From an uncultured Verrucomicrobiae bacterium (GTDB lineage: Bacteria; Verrucomicrobiota; Verrucomicrobiia; Chthoniobacterales; JAATET01), in the NCBI GenBank assembly GCA_963719495.1, contig CAVRCI010000012.1:1-64000 (forward strand): 64,000 bases of DNA. Reading direction: 5' to 3'. The position numbers were made by a program, and so were the translations under genes. Positions 49,071-57,912 of this stretch are shown here, piece after piece; positions within the stretch are counted from its first letter, which is position 1, and each line of letters begins with the position of its first letter. Under the pieces are notes generated by a model. That model worked only from the letters and a program-made list of their open reading frames with translations, had not been told where the DNA came from and made no database searches.

Positions 49071-51020
49071 TCACGCGACAAACTGCCGGTGCAAAATCTG
49101 CAAACACAACAAGTGGTTAAGCAAAGCATCCTTCCGCACCAGCGAAGCCGAGTCGCCATCCGCCCGATACCCGTCCAAAAACGCCCCAACCCGCCCCGCG
49201 TCGAACAACCCAGCCTCCCGCACGCTCCCCTCGTCCAGATACTTGTCGGTCAAAGCCCGCACCGCTTGCTGCTTTTTCACGTCGGTATGCGCCGGCGGAG
49301 CCATGAACGAAAACTTCTCCCGCTTATACAACACCTCCGGCAACACCCCCCGCACCGCCTCCCGCAGCACGTGCTTTTCGATGTTCCCCTTGATTCGCAA
49401 ATTCGGTGGCACGTGAACCGCCGCCTCCGCCACGTGGTGATCGAGAAACGCCGGTCGCGACTCCATCGAGTTCGCCATATCCACCCGGTCGCCGCCCCAG
49501 TTGAGAATCTGACTCTCCAGCATCGTCTTGCTCCACGTGTATTGCGACTTATCCAGCGGATGCCGCCCGCGCACCATCGACGGGTCGATTTCGCCCGCGA
49601 TCGCCGCCACCGGATCGTAAGCCCCGATCTCCTCGGCCGCGTCATCACTCAGCAAAGGCCGCGCGATCCCCAGCGTCGCGATCCAACTCTGAATCCATGC
49701 CGGCGTGAACCCGCACAAATCCTCCCAGGCTGGATGCGTCTCCGCCTGCTCGGAAAGCAAAGCCCCCTTGAAGATCGCGTTGAATTTCTCGAGCGCCGCC
49801 TCGTATTCCCGCCGCACGCTTGCCGGCTCGTCCGCCAGTCCGTGTTGAAACATGTCGCGCTTGAAAAACGCGTAGCCGCCGAAAAGCTCGTCCGCCCCCT
49901 CGCCCGTGATCACCGTCTTGTAGCCCGCGTCCCGCACGTGCTGGCTCATGCAATACTTCGCCACGCCCAGCGTGTTGTAGAACGACCGTTCCGTGTGCCA
50001 CACCGTCCGCTCGTAATTCTCGCCGTAAAGCTCCGCCGCCTGCAGCTTGATCACGTCGTGATCCGCCCCGACGCTCGCCGCCATCTCGCGCGCGATCACC
50101 GATTCATCGTAGTCGTCGCTGTCGAAGCTAATGGTAAACGCCTTCACCGGACTTTGCATCGCACCCGAAGCCATCCCGAGGATGCAACAGCTGTCGATGC
50201 CGCCCGAAAGATAACACCCCACCGGCACGTCCGCCTCGAGCCGATGCCCGACGGCCTCGACCAATTCCTTGCGAATCGTCGCCACGTGGTCCGCTTCCGA
50301 GCGCCCTGGGTCCCGCGCGTCCGCCTCCGGAAATTCCAGGTCCCAATACCGCCGCTCCTCCACGTCCAGCCGGTCGCCCCGCCGCTTCACGATCACCATG
50401 TGCCCCGGCTTCACGGCCTTGATGCCCTCGAACGCACTGGTCCCGAGCACCATCGTTTGCATCATCTGATTCAGCGCCGCCCGCCGATCCATCCGGCACG
50501 GAACGTCCGGATGCGCGAGCAGCACCTTGACCTCTGACCCAAAGTAAATCCCCTTCTCGGAAACGTGGTAAAACAAAGGCCGCACCCCGAAGCGATCCCG
50601 CACCAAGGCTAAACGATCCTCCTTCCGATCATACAGTGCGAAGGCAAATTCCCCCCGAATCTGCGGCATGAGATCCAGCCCATACTTGCGATACAACGGC
50701 ATCACCAACTCGCTGTCCGACTTCGTCACGAATCGCTCGCCCTCCGTCATCAGCGTCGACCGGATCCGCTTGTAATCGTAGAGCTCCCCGTTCATCACCA
50801 TCGACAAATCGTCGTCGCCGCTGGACAGCGGCTGACAACCCGTGTGCAGATCGACGATCGTCAACCGCGCGTGCCCCAGAGCCAAGCCCAGCTTGGGATC
50901 TACCTTCGTCCCGCGCCCATCCGGCCCACGGTGACGCTGCACGTCGATCATCCGGTTGAGGGCGCGTTCGTCGTCGGGCGCGAGGCCCGTCGGTTTGAAA
51001 AATCCGGCAATTCCGCACAT
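49071..51020 (-). CDS. Asparagine synthase-like glutamine amidotransferase (AsnB family)
   Basis: MCGIAG (Ntn Cys), HRGPD, HARL.IVD, NGELY, RDRFGVRPL, LSGGIDS, TGEGADELFGGY. Confidence 0.95.
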   Translation of the reverse strand: MCGIAGFFKPTGLAPDDERALNRMIDVQRHRGPDGRGTKVDPKLGLALGHARLTIVDLHTGCQPLSSGDDDLSMVMNGELYDYKRIRSTLMTEGERFVTKSDSELVMPLYRKYGLDLMPQIRGEFAFALYDRKEDRLALVRDRFGVRPLFYHVSEKGIYFGSEVKVLLAHPDVPCRMDRRAALNQMMQTMVLGTSAFEGIKAVKPGHMVIVKRRGDRLDVEERRYWDLEFPEADARDPGRSEADHVATIRKELVEAVGHRLEADVPVGCYLSGGIDSCCILGMASGAMQSPVKAFTISFDSDDYDESVIAREMAASVGADHDVIKLQAAELYGENYERTVWHTERSFYNTLGVAKYCMSQHVRDAGYKTVITGEGADELFGGYAFFKRDMFQHGLADEPASVRREYEAALEKFNAIFKGALLSEQAETHPAWEDLCGFTPAWIQSWIATLGIARPLLSDDAAEEIGAYDPVAAIAGEIDPSMVRGRHPLDKSQYTWSKTMLESQILNWGGDRVDMANSMESRPAFLDHHVAEAAVHVPPNLRIKGNIEKHVLREAVRGVLPEVLYKREKFSFMAPPAHTDVKKQQAVRALTDKYLDEGSVREAGLFDAGRVGAFLDGYRADGDSASLVRKDALLNHLLCLQILHRQFVA

Positions 51021-51027
51021 AAGAAGA

Positions 51028-52116
51028 TTAGCTAAGTGGAAGATTCTCGGGCAGCCGATTGCACCTGCCCATCACCGCCGTCAGCAGCGCCTGACGAATG
51101 AAGACCGCCCCGTGCGCCTGCGACCAGTAGAGATTGTGCGGCGTCCGATCCAGACTCGTGTCCAGCTCCTCGAGCCTCGCAAGCGGATGCAGAATGACCG
51201 CGCCATCCTTGAGTTCGCTGTCCGCGTCGAGGCGGAACCTGGAGTCCAGATTTTTGTAACCATCGCCGACCTGCACGATGGAGTTCATGTAGATCACGTC
51301 CAATTCCGGAAGGCAGTTTTCGATGTCGTTCGTGATCTCGGACTCGAAACTCGCCGCCGCGATGTCGTTCGCCAGCTCCTCGCCGAACGGATCGGCCATC
51401 TCCGAAACGAACGTGATCTTTTCGATGTGTTCCTGAAAGAGCAACGCCATGTGAACGAAACTCTTCACCGCCCGCATGCTCCCCGGCGTCCCGAGCACCC
51501 CAATCCGGAGCCGCTCCGAGACCGGCTCGCGCTTGGCTAATTCAGGACGCCACTTCAGCAGCGCATACCAATCCGCCATGGCCTGAGTCGGGTGGTCGCC
51601 CGTGCCGTTTCCGGCGTTGATCAACGGCAGGCGCAGATTTTTCATGATCCGCTCCGGCGCGTCCGCTTCGGTGTGCCGCATGATCACGCAATCGCCGTAG
51701 GCGTTGAACATTTCGCCGATGTCCTCGAGCGATTCCCCCTTCTTCACTCCCGTCGTCTTCCCGTCCGGGATGCTAATGATTCGCCCGTCGAGCCGCAGCA
51801 CCGCGCTCTCGAACGACAACCGCGTCCGCGTGCTCGCCTCGAAGAACGCCGTGATCACGATGTATTTGTCCAACGGCCGGTGTGGCCCAATTTCAATCGC
51901 CTCCAACACCGAGGCCAGCTTGCAAAGCTCGACGATCTCCGTCCGCGAGAATTGCTTCACCGACAGCACGCTGCGAAACGCCATCCCCTGCAGCACCTCG
52001 AGGTCGATGTTCGTCCGCCGAAAGAGCGAATTTGCCTCCGGGTGCAAAGACAGCGACTCCGGCGGCGGCGCGAGCACCTCGAGCAACCGATTCGGTTTGA
52101 ACGTCGGCGCGTCCAT
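51028..52116 (-). CDS. Aspartate-carbamoyltransferase-like transcarbamylase, substrate probably not aspartate
   Basis: FFEASTRTRLSF, KGESLED, IMRH and HPTQ are retained. The second-substrate motifs are altered (DVIYMNSIV, HPLA). Confidence 0.88.
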   Translation of the reverse strand: MDAPTFKPNRLLEVLAPPPESLSLHPEANSLFRRTNIDLEVLQGMAFRSVLSVKQFSRTEIVELCKLASVLEAIEIGPHRPLDKYIVITAFFEASTRTRLSFESAVLRLDGRIISIPDGKTTGVKKGESLEDIGEMFNAYGDCVIMRHTEADAPERIMKNLRLPLINAGNGTGDHPTQAMADWYALLKWRPELAKREPVSERLRIGVLGTPGSMRAVKSFVHMALLFQEHIEKITFVSEMADPFGEELANDIAAASFESEITNDIENCLPELDVIYMNSIVQVGDGYKNLDSRFRLDADSELKDGAVILHPLARLEELDTSLDRTPHNLYWSQAHGAVFIRQALLTAVMGRCNRLPENLPLS

Positions 52117-52235
52117 CACCAAACGCGTCCTTTCCGGTGATCCCGCCAGATCATCGCGATCAGCGTCACCGCGCCAGCCGACGTCCAGATCAGCGCGGTC
52201 CAAATGAGAATTTCGACGAAGGTGAGTGCAAACAT
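52116..52235 (-). CDS. 39-aa single-TM microprotein (not in the ORF track)
   Basis: MFALTFVEILIWTALIWTSAGAVTLIAMIWRDHRKGRVW*. It starts 4 nt after the symporter stop, and its TGA overlaps the next ATG (TGATG). Confidence 0.75.
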   Translation of the reverse strand: MFALTFVEILIWTALIWTSAGAVTLIAMIWRDHRKGRVW

Positions 52236-52239
52236 GGCG

Positions 52240-53661
52240 TTAGTGTTCGTTGAGGGTCTTCCAATCGAATGGGTCGGGTCGCAAAGCCGTCGTCACGAGC
52301 ACCGTCACCATCGACACCGCCGCGCTGATCAGCGACGCCGAGAACCAACCAATCTGATAATACGCGATCAACCCGATCACCGACCCCAGCAACATCGCCG
52401 CCGTCGCACCCGCTCGCGACGTCCGCGGAAAATACAACCCGGACACGATTGGCCAGATCGTGCTCGCGACCAGCGGCCCCGAAAGAAAGAGCACCGTAAT
52501 GAGATCGCCCACGTTCGGCAGACAGATCCCCCAAGTCAGCACCCCCAACCCCACGATCACCCAGGTCGAAGCTCGGCGCACCGTCGCCTCGCTGGCCGCC
52601 GGATTGAACGCCTTCCGGTAAATGTCCTCCGTCACCAGATCCGCCGTCGCCGCCAGCAGGCTGTCGATGCTCGAAGCCAGCGAACAGAACAGCACGATGA
52701 ACACCAGGATCGAACCCACTCCCCCCAGCACCTGACTCGCCACCAGCGGCCCGACCATGTCCGGGTCCGCCGCGTTGATCCCCAACGGCCCCGCGCAAAG
52801 CCCGATGAACCCCGCCGCAATCGGAATCGGGAACCACAGCACCCCCGAAATAAGAAACGCCTTCAGCGGCACCCCCTTCCGCATGGCAAAGGCCCGACTC
52901 CACCACACGTTGTTGTGAAAGACCTCGCCGAACCCGAAGAACAGATTGTTGAACAGCGCCAGCAGCGCCACCGGCATGAATACATGCAGCAAAGTCGGCT
53001 GATCCGCCGAGATCGACGTGTAAACCGCCTCGACGTCGATCCGCATGAGCACGACCACACCGACCACCACGATCCCGACGAGAATGATGACGCTCTGAAT
53101 AAAATCCGTCCCGATCACCGCGTAAAGCCCGCCGAAGAGCGTGTAGGTAATGCAAACGAACAAAATCGCCGACATCCCGTATTCGTAAGGAATCCCCGAC
53201 AGCGCCTGCAGAAATTTCCCGCCTGCCATTGCCATGCTCACCAGCCACGCCATCGAATAAACCAGCGAAATCACCAAAAACAGCCCCCAGGCCACCCGCC
53301 CGAACCGCAGCCGCACGAAGTCACCGCTCGTGTAGCCATTCGGCATCAAGTCGCGAATCCTGTGCGCCATCGGCGCAAACAGAAACAACCCGAAACTCGC
53401 CGTCGAATAAGCCAGCATCCCCCAGATCCCCATCTTCATCGCGAAGACCGGCGCGAGCATCACCGTGCTCGACGTCACCCACGTCGCCATCGCCGTCGCC
53501 GCCGAGAGAGCCAACCCGACGTTCCGCCCCGCGAGCATGAACCCATCCAGATTGACCGCCTTCTTCCCCCAATAAACCCCCAACCCGATCCAGATCACGC
53601 CAAAGACCGCGAGCAGCAGATAGCCCATTCCAGGATCGAGCACGGAGCTTTGCAAATTCAT
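52240..53661 (-). CDS. Sodium:solute symporter (SSS; DUR3/urea-transporter-like)
   Basis: About 13 TMs; FMLAGRNVG, YTLFGGLYAVIGTDFIQ, SLASSIDSLLAA. Confidence 0.92.
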   Translation of the reverse strand: MNLQSSVLDPGMGYLLLAVFGVIWIGLGVYWGKKAVNLDGFMLAGRNVGLALSAATAMATWVTSSTVMLAPVFAMKMGIWGMLAYSTASFGLFLFAPMAHRIRDLMPNGYTSGDFVRLRFGRVAWGLFLVISLVYSMAWLVSMAMAGGKFLQALSGIPYEYGMSAILFVCITYTLFGGLYAVIGTDFIQSVIILVGIVVVGVVVLMRIDVEAVYTSISADQPTLLHVFMPVALLALFNNLFFGFGEVFHNNVWWSRAFAMRKGVPLKAFLISGVLWFPIPIAAGFIGLCAGPLGINAADPDMVGPLVASQVLGGVGSILVFIVLFCSLASSIDSLLAATADLVTEDIYRKAFNPAASEATVRRASTWVIVGLGVLTWGICLPNVGDLITVLFLSGPLVASTIWPIVSGLYFPRTSRAGATAAMLLGSVIGLIAYYQIGWFSASLISAAVSMVTVLVTTALRPDPFDWKTLNEH

Positions 53662-54140
53662 CAGACGAGTTCCTCCCCGGCCTGCTGCCGCCGAAATCCC
53701 CTCACCACGGTCGACACCGTCAGCCCAAACACCGTCAATCCGACGCCCAGGAGCGTCCAAACCTTCCAAGCCGCTGGGTATTCCACGAGCACGTCCAGCG
53801 TCTCCGACCAAGGACCCCCAACCGCCCGCACCCGGAACGAATGCGTCCCATCCGGCAGCCCCGAAGCAAAGAACGCCAAATCCGGCCCCACGTAGCGAAC
53901 CTTCTCACCTTCAACGACTTCGTAATCCACCGCCCCCGCGACCGCCAACCAATTGAGCAGAACGTGGCCCTCCCCCGCGACCACCGGCTCCGTCATTTCC
54001 CAGCGCGGAGCCTCCAGAGCCAACGCCGAACCAATCAGCAAAAACGCAACAAAAACTCGAATGGGGATCGAAAAAGCGATGCTCCCACCGTGAAAAACGA
54101 ACTCCCGAACATCAAGCAAAAGCCGGGAGACAGGGAGCAC
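53661..54140 (-). CDS. Small exported FN3-like protein with C-terminal TM anchor (start uncertain)
   Basis: Signal-like FVAFLLIGSALA; LNW..V.GA..YEV...SGLPDGTHSFRVRA FN3 pattern; C-terminal TM; its stop overlaps the SSS ATG. Confidence 0.7.
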   Translation of the reverse strand: MLPVSRLLLDVREFVFHGGSIAFSIPIRVFVAFLLIGSALALEAPRWEMTEPVVAGEGHVLLNWLAVAGAVDYEVVEGEKVRYVGPDLAFFASGLPDGTHSFRVRAVGGPWSETLDVLVEYPAAWKVWTLLGVGLTVFGLTVSTVVRGFRRQQAGEELV

Positions 54141-54295
54141 ACCCGTCCCGGGTGTGAGCTTCGGCGTCCCCGCCGAAGCCTCGTTCCAAAACGCGAAGCG
54201 TCACTTCCCCCTTCACCCGCATCCATTCGCGTCCATTCGCGTGTTTAGCGGGTCCCTCACCCGATTTGCCAACCTCCCCGCCCACCTGTTAACCA

Positions 54296-55585
54296 TTGGC
54301 GGTGCCACCCGAAAACACCCGCGCCACCCCGCTCGCCGACCTCCGCGTCGACCCGAAGCGCCTCCGCGAAGACCTCCGCACCCTCTCCGCCTTCGGTTAC
54401 AACGACACCGACCACGGCATCTACCGCATGGCGTTCACCGAGGCCGACCTCGCCGCCCGCCATTGGCTGCAGGACGAAATGCGCGCCCTCGGCATGGCCG
54501 TCCGCATCGACGGAGCCGCCAACGTCATCGGCCACTGGCCGCCCCACGACACCCGGCCCGCCGTTATCCTCGGTTCCCACACCGACACCGTCCCCTGCGG
54601 CGGCCACCTCGACGGCAACCTCGGCGTCCTCTGCGGCCTCGAAGCCGCCCGCGTCCTCATCGAAGCCGACGTCCAGCTCGACCGCCCCATCGAAGTCATC
54701 TCCTTCTCCGACGAAGAGGGTCGTTTCGGCGGCATGCTCGGATCCGAAGCCTTCACCGGTCGCCTCACCCCCGAGCGCCTCCTCGGAGCCATCGATTTAA
54801 CCGGCACCCGCCTCGCCGACGCGATGATCGCTCGCGGCCTCGAACCCACCGCCGCCCTCGACGCCCGCCGCGAACCCTCCAGTATCCACGCCTTCCTCGA
54901 ACTCCACATCGAGCAAGGCCCCGTCCTCGACGCCGCCCGCAAGCAGCTCGGCATCGTCGACCAGATCACCGGCCTCTTCCGCTGGTCCGCCCGCCTCTTC
55001 GGCAAACCCAACCACGCCGGCACCACCCCCATGAACCTCCGCCAGGACGCCTTTCTGGGCCTGGCCGAATTCGCCAACGAAATCCCTCGCGTCCTCGAGG
55101 AAAACGGCAGCGACCGCAGCCGCGCCACCATCGGCAACGTCGAACTCACCCCCGGCGCCGCGAACACCATCCCGGGCTGCGCGGAATTCTCGCTCGACGT
55201 CCGCGACACCGACCCCGACACCCTCGAAGAGCTCTCCCGCGCCTTCCGCAAGGCCCTCTCCGCCATCGCCCGCCGTCACGACCTCCGCTTCGAATTCGAC
55301 GAAGTCTCCCGCATCGCCCCCCGGCCCTGCGCCCCCGCCGTCGTCGACGCCCTCCGCCGCCAAGCCGAGCGGCTCGAGACCACCTTCGAAGTCATGCCCA
55401 GCGGCGCCGCCCACGATTCCCAGCTTCTCGCCGAGATTTGTCCCGTCGGCATGATCTTCGTCCCCAGCCGCGACGGCCAGAGCCACTCGCCCGCCGAATG
55501 GACCGCCTGGCAGGACGTCGAAGCCGGTGCCAACGTCCTCCTCCAAACCGCACTCGAACTCACCCGCACTGAAATCGAACGATGA
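54296..55585 (+). CDS. M20 Zn-dependent N-carbamoyl-L-amino-acid amidohydrolase (hydantoinase/carbamoylase family amidase)
   Basis: GSHTDTV, LDGNLG, DEEG, ELHIEQGP, NHAGTTPM, SGAAHD, SHSPAE. Confidence 0.93.
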   Translation: MAVPPENTRATPLADLRVDPKRLREDLRTLSAFGYNDTDHGIYRMAFTEADLAARHWLQDEMRALGMAVRIDGAANVIGHWPPHDTRPAVILGSHTDTVPCGGHLDGNLGVLCGLEAARVLIEADVQLDRPIEVISFSDEEGRFGGMLGSEAFTGRLTPERLLGAIDLTGTRLADAMIARGLEPTAALDARREPSSIHAFLELHIEQGPVLDAARKQLGIVDQITGLFRWSARLFGKPNHAGTTPMNLRQDAFLGLAEFANEIPRVLEENGSDRSRATIGNVELTPGAANTIPGCAEFSLDVRDTDPDTLEELSRAFRKALSAIARRHDLRFEFDEVSRIAPRPCAPAVVDALRRQAERLETTFEVMPSGAAHDSQLLAEICPVGMIFVPSRDGQSHSPAEWTAWQDVEAGANVLLQTALELTRTEIER

Positions 55586-56319
55586 AAATTACCGACGCCA
55601 CCGACCGCGATCCGCTCCTCGACCTCTACAAAAGCTCCCTCGGCGAGGAAAACCCAGCCCACCACTGGATGCTGGCCCGCCAGCAGACCGCGCTCCTTTG
55701 CATCGACATGCAATACCTCGACGCCGCCCGCGGCCACGGCATCTTCCGCGACGCCACCTCCTCCGGCGTCCCGCTCGAGGACCAGGAATACTACTTCTCC
55801 ACCCTCGAAGGCCGCGTCATCCCCCGCCTCCGCCGCCTCCAGGACACCTTCCGCCGCGCCGAACTCGAAGTCATCCACGTCCGCATCCAGGCCCTCACCG
55901 CCGACGGACGCGACCGTTCCAAGGGCCACAAACGCCTCGGCGTCCTCGCCGGCCCCGGCACCCGCGAAGCCGATTTCCTCGAAGCCGTCGCCCCCCAAGG
56001 CGACGAAATCGTCATCAACAAGACCGCCAGCGGCGTCTTCTCCGCCACGAACATCAATTTCGTCCTGAAAAATCTCGGCATTACCGCCGTCTACGTCGCC
56101 GGCGTCTACACCAACGAATGCGTGGAAACGACGATCCGCGACGCCTGCGACCTCGGCTACCTCGTCACCATGGTCGACGACTGCTGCACGACCGTGACCC
56201 CCGAACTCCAACGCGCCTCCATCGCCGTCCTCCGCGACCGCTACGCCCGCATCCTCTCCAGCGACGACGCCATCGCCGAGATCCAGTCCATCGAGGCGGA
56301 ACGGCAACCCGCCGCGTAA
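55582..56319 (+). CDS. Isochorismatase-family cysteine hydrolase (amidase)
   Basis: Intact D-K-C triad: IDMQ, INKTASGVF, YTNECVETT. ATGA overlap with the M20 gene. Confidence 0.92.
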   Translation: MKITDATDRDPLLDLYKSSLGEENPAHHWMLARQQTALLCIDMQYLDAARGHGIFRDATSSGVPLEDQEYYFSTLEGRVIPRLRRLQDTFRRAELEVIHVRIQALTADGRDRSKGHKRLGVLAGPGTREADFLEAVAPQGDEIVINKTASGVFSATNINFVLKNLGITAVYVAGVYTNECVETTIRDACDLGYLVTMVDDCCTTVTPELQRASIAVLRDRYARILSSDDAIAEIQSIEAERQPAA

Positions 56320-56644
56320 TCAGACCGAGCGAAGCAAAGCCATCCTCCAAAAAAACTGTCATGTTGAGCGAAGCGAAGCATCTCTGGCTTCTCAGGCGTG
56401 ACGGCCCGCAACCAGAAACGAGCCAGAGATATTTCGCTCCGCTCAATATAACAGGTTTTGGAAAAAGGCCGTCTTCCCAACCAGGGTCAATCCTCTCCTC
56501 CACGCCTCACTTTCCAATCGACGCCGCCCTTCCTCCACCCAGCATCACCCCACCCCCCCGGAAAAGAGATTCACGCCCACGCCGCCTCGTGCGTATCCTT
56601 CGACAGATACCAGCAACCGCAAATTTTTACTTAAAAGCCATCCC

Positions 56645-57766
56645 ATGCCCACCATCGCCAAAGGACTCGAAGGAATCATCGCAAACTCGACCTCGCTCAG
56701 CGAAGTCATGGGAGCCGAGGGCATCCTCATCTACTCCGGCTACAACATCAACGACCTCGCCGGAAACGTCACTTTCGAGGAAATCGTCCACCTCCTCTGG
56801 CGCGGACACCTCCCCAACCGCGCCGAACTCGACGCCCTCACCGCGGAACTCCGCGCCCAGCGTGAACTCCCCGCCGGTGTTATCGAATTTCTCGAAACCG
56901 CCCCCAAAGACGCGGGCCCGATGGACGTCATCCGCACCGCCGTCTCCATGCTCGGCCTCTACGACCACGTCACCGGCGACGACGCCGAGGCCAACCAACA
57001 CCGCGCTGTCAGCATCACGTCGAAGATGGGCGTGATCGCCGCCTACTACCACCGCGCCCGCCAGGGTCTGGAGCTCCCCGCCGTCCGCGACGACCTCGGC
57101 GAAGCCGCCCACTTCCTCTACCTCCTCAACGGCGAGGAACCCACCGCCGAGATGGAACGAACCCTCGACGTCGCCTACGTCCTCCACGCCGACCACGGCA
57201 TGAACGCCTCGACCTTCTCCGCCCGCGTCACCATCGCCACCCTCAGCGACATTTTCTCCGCCATCACCTCCGCCATCGGCACCCTCAAGGGTCCCCTCCA
57301 CGGCGGGGCCAACGAAGGCGTCATCCACATGCTCCAGGAGATCGGCAGCGTCGACGCCGTCGACGCCTGGGTCGACGACGCCCTCGAAAACAAAAAGAAG
57401 ATCATGGGCATCGGCCACCGCGTTTACAAAACGCTCGACCCCCGCGCCCCCCACCTCCGCACCATGGCCATCAAGCTCTGCGAACAACTCGGCGAGCAGA
57501 AGTGGATCAAGATGAGCGAGCGGATCGCCGAGATCATGCGCGAGAAGAAGGAACTCAACGCCAACGTCGATTTCTACTCCGCCACGGTCTACTACTCGCT
57601 CGGCGTCCCGACCGACATGTTCACGCCGATCTTCGCGATTTCCCGCGCCGCGGGTTGGACCGCCCACGTCCTCGAGCAGCTCTCCGACAACCGCCTCTAC
57701 CGCCCCCTCAGCGAATACGTCGGCCCCGAAGTCGGCAAGAAAGTCGTCCCCATCGACGAACGGTAG
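56645..57766 (+). CDS. gltA: Citrate synthase (type I/short form)
   Basis: KGLEGI, LHADHGMNASTF, GPLHGGAN, IMGIGHRVY, NVDFYS. Confidence 0.93.
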   Translation: MPTIAKGLEGIIANSTSLSEVMGAEGILIYSGYNINDLAGNVTFEEIVHLLWRGHLPNRAELDALTAELRAQRELPAGVIEFLETAPKDAGPMDVIRTAVSMLGLYDHVTGDDAEANQHRAVSITSKMGVIAAYYHRARQGLELPAVRDDLGEAAHFLYLLNGEEPTAEMERTLDVAYVLHADHGMNASTFSARVTIATLSDIFSAITSAIGTLKGPLHGGANEGVIHMLQEIGSVDAVDAWVDDALENKKKIMGIGHRVYKTLDPRAPHLRTMAIKLCEQLGEQKWIKMSERIAEIMREKKELNANVDFYSATVYYSLGVPTDMFTPIFAISRAAGWTAHVLEQLSDNRLYRPLSEYVGPEVGKKVVPIDER

Positions 57767-57777
57767 GTTGCGGGTGG

Positions 57778-57857
57778 GTCGAGAGACGAGGGTCGAGGGT
57801 CGAGCGCTAATGAGTTCACCCTCAGGCCCTCGACTCTCGACGCTCGACCCTCGACTC
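57778..57857. repeat. Inverted (GTCGAGG)n / (CCTCGAC)n heptamer arrays
   Basis: GTCGAGAGACGAGGGTCGAGGGTCGAG ... CCCTCGACTCTCGACGCTCGACCCTCGAC. Confidence 0.7.
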
Positions 57858-57912
57858 ATCAAAAGGCCCGATTCTCGTTCGGTCTCACGGAAAACCCTGC
57901 TAGCGTCCGCCC

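Noticed and set aside
49071..51020. AsnB-like gene as a lasso-peptide cyclase
   Set aside because: The glutaminase domain with Cys1 is intact, and there is no B protein, RRE or lasso precursor. The 39-aa ORF is a TM helix.
51028..52203. Calling the gene pyrB with a start at 52203
   Set aside because: The aspartate-binding motif is altered and there is no pyr context. The extension overlaps a better-supported 39-aa ORF.
56455..56644. Possible riboswitch or leader upstream of citrate synthase
   Set aside because: No recognisable aptamer consensus or terminator.
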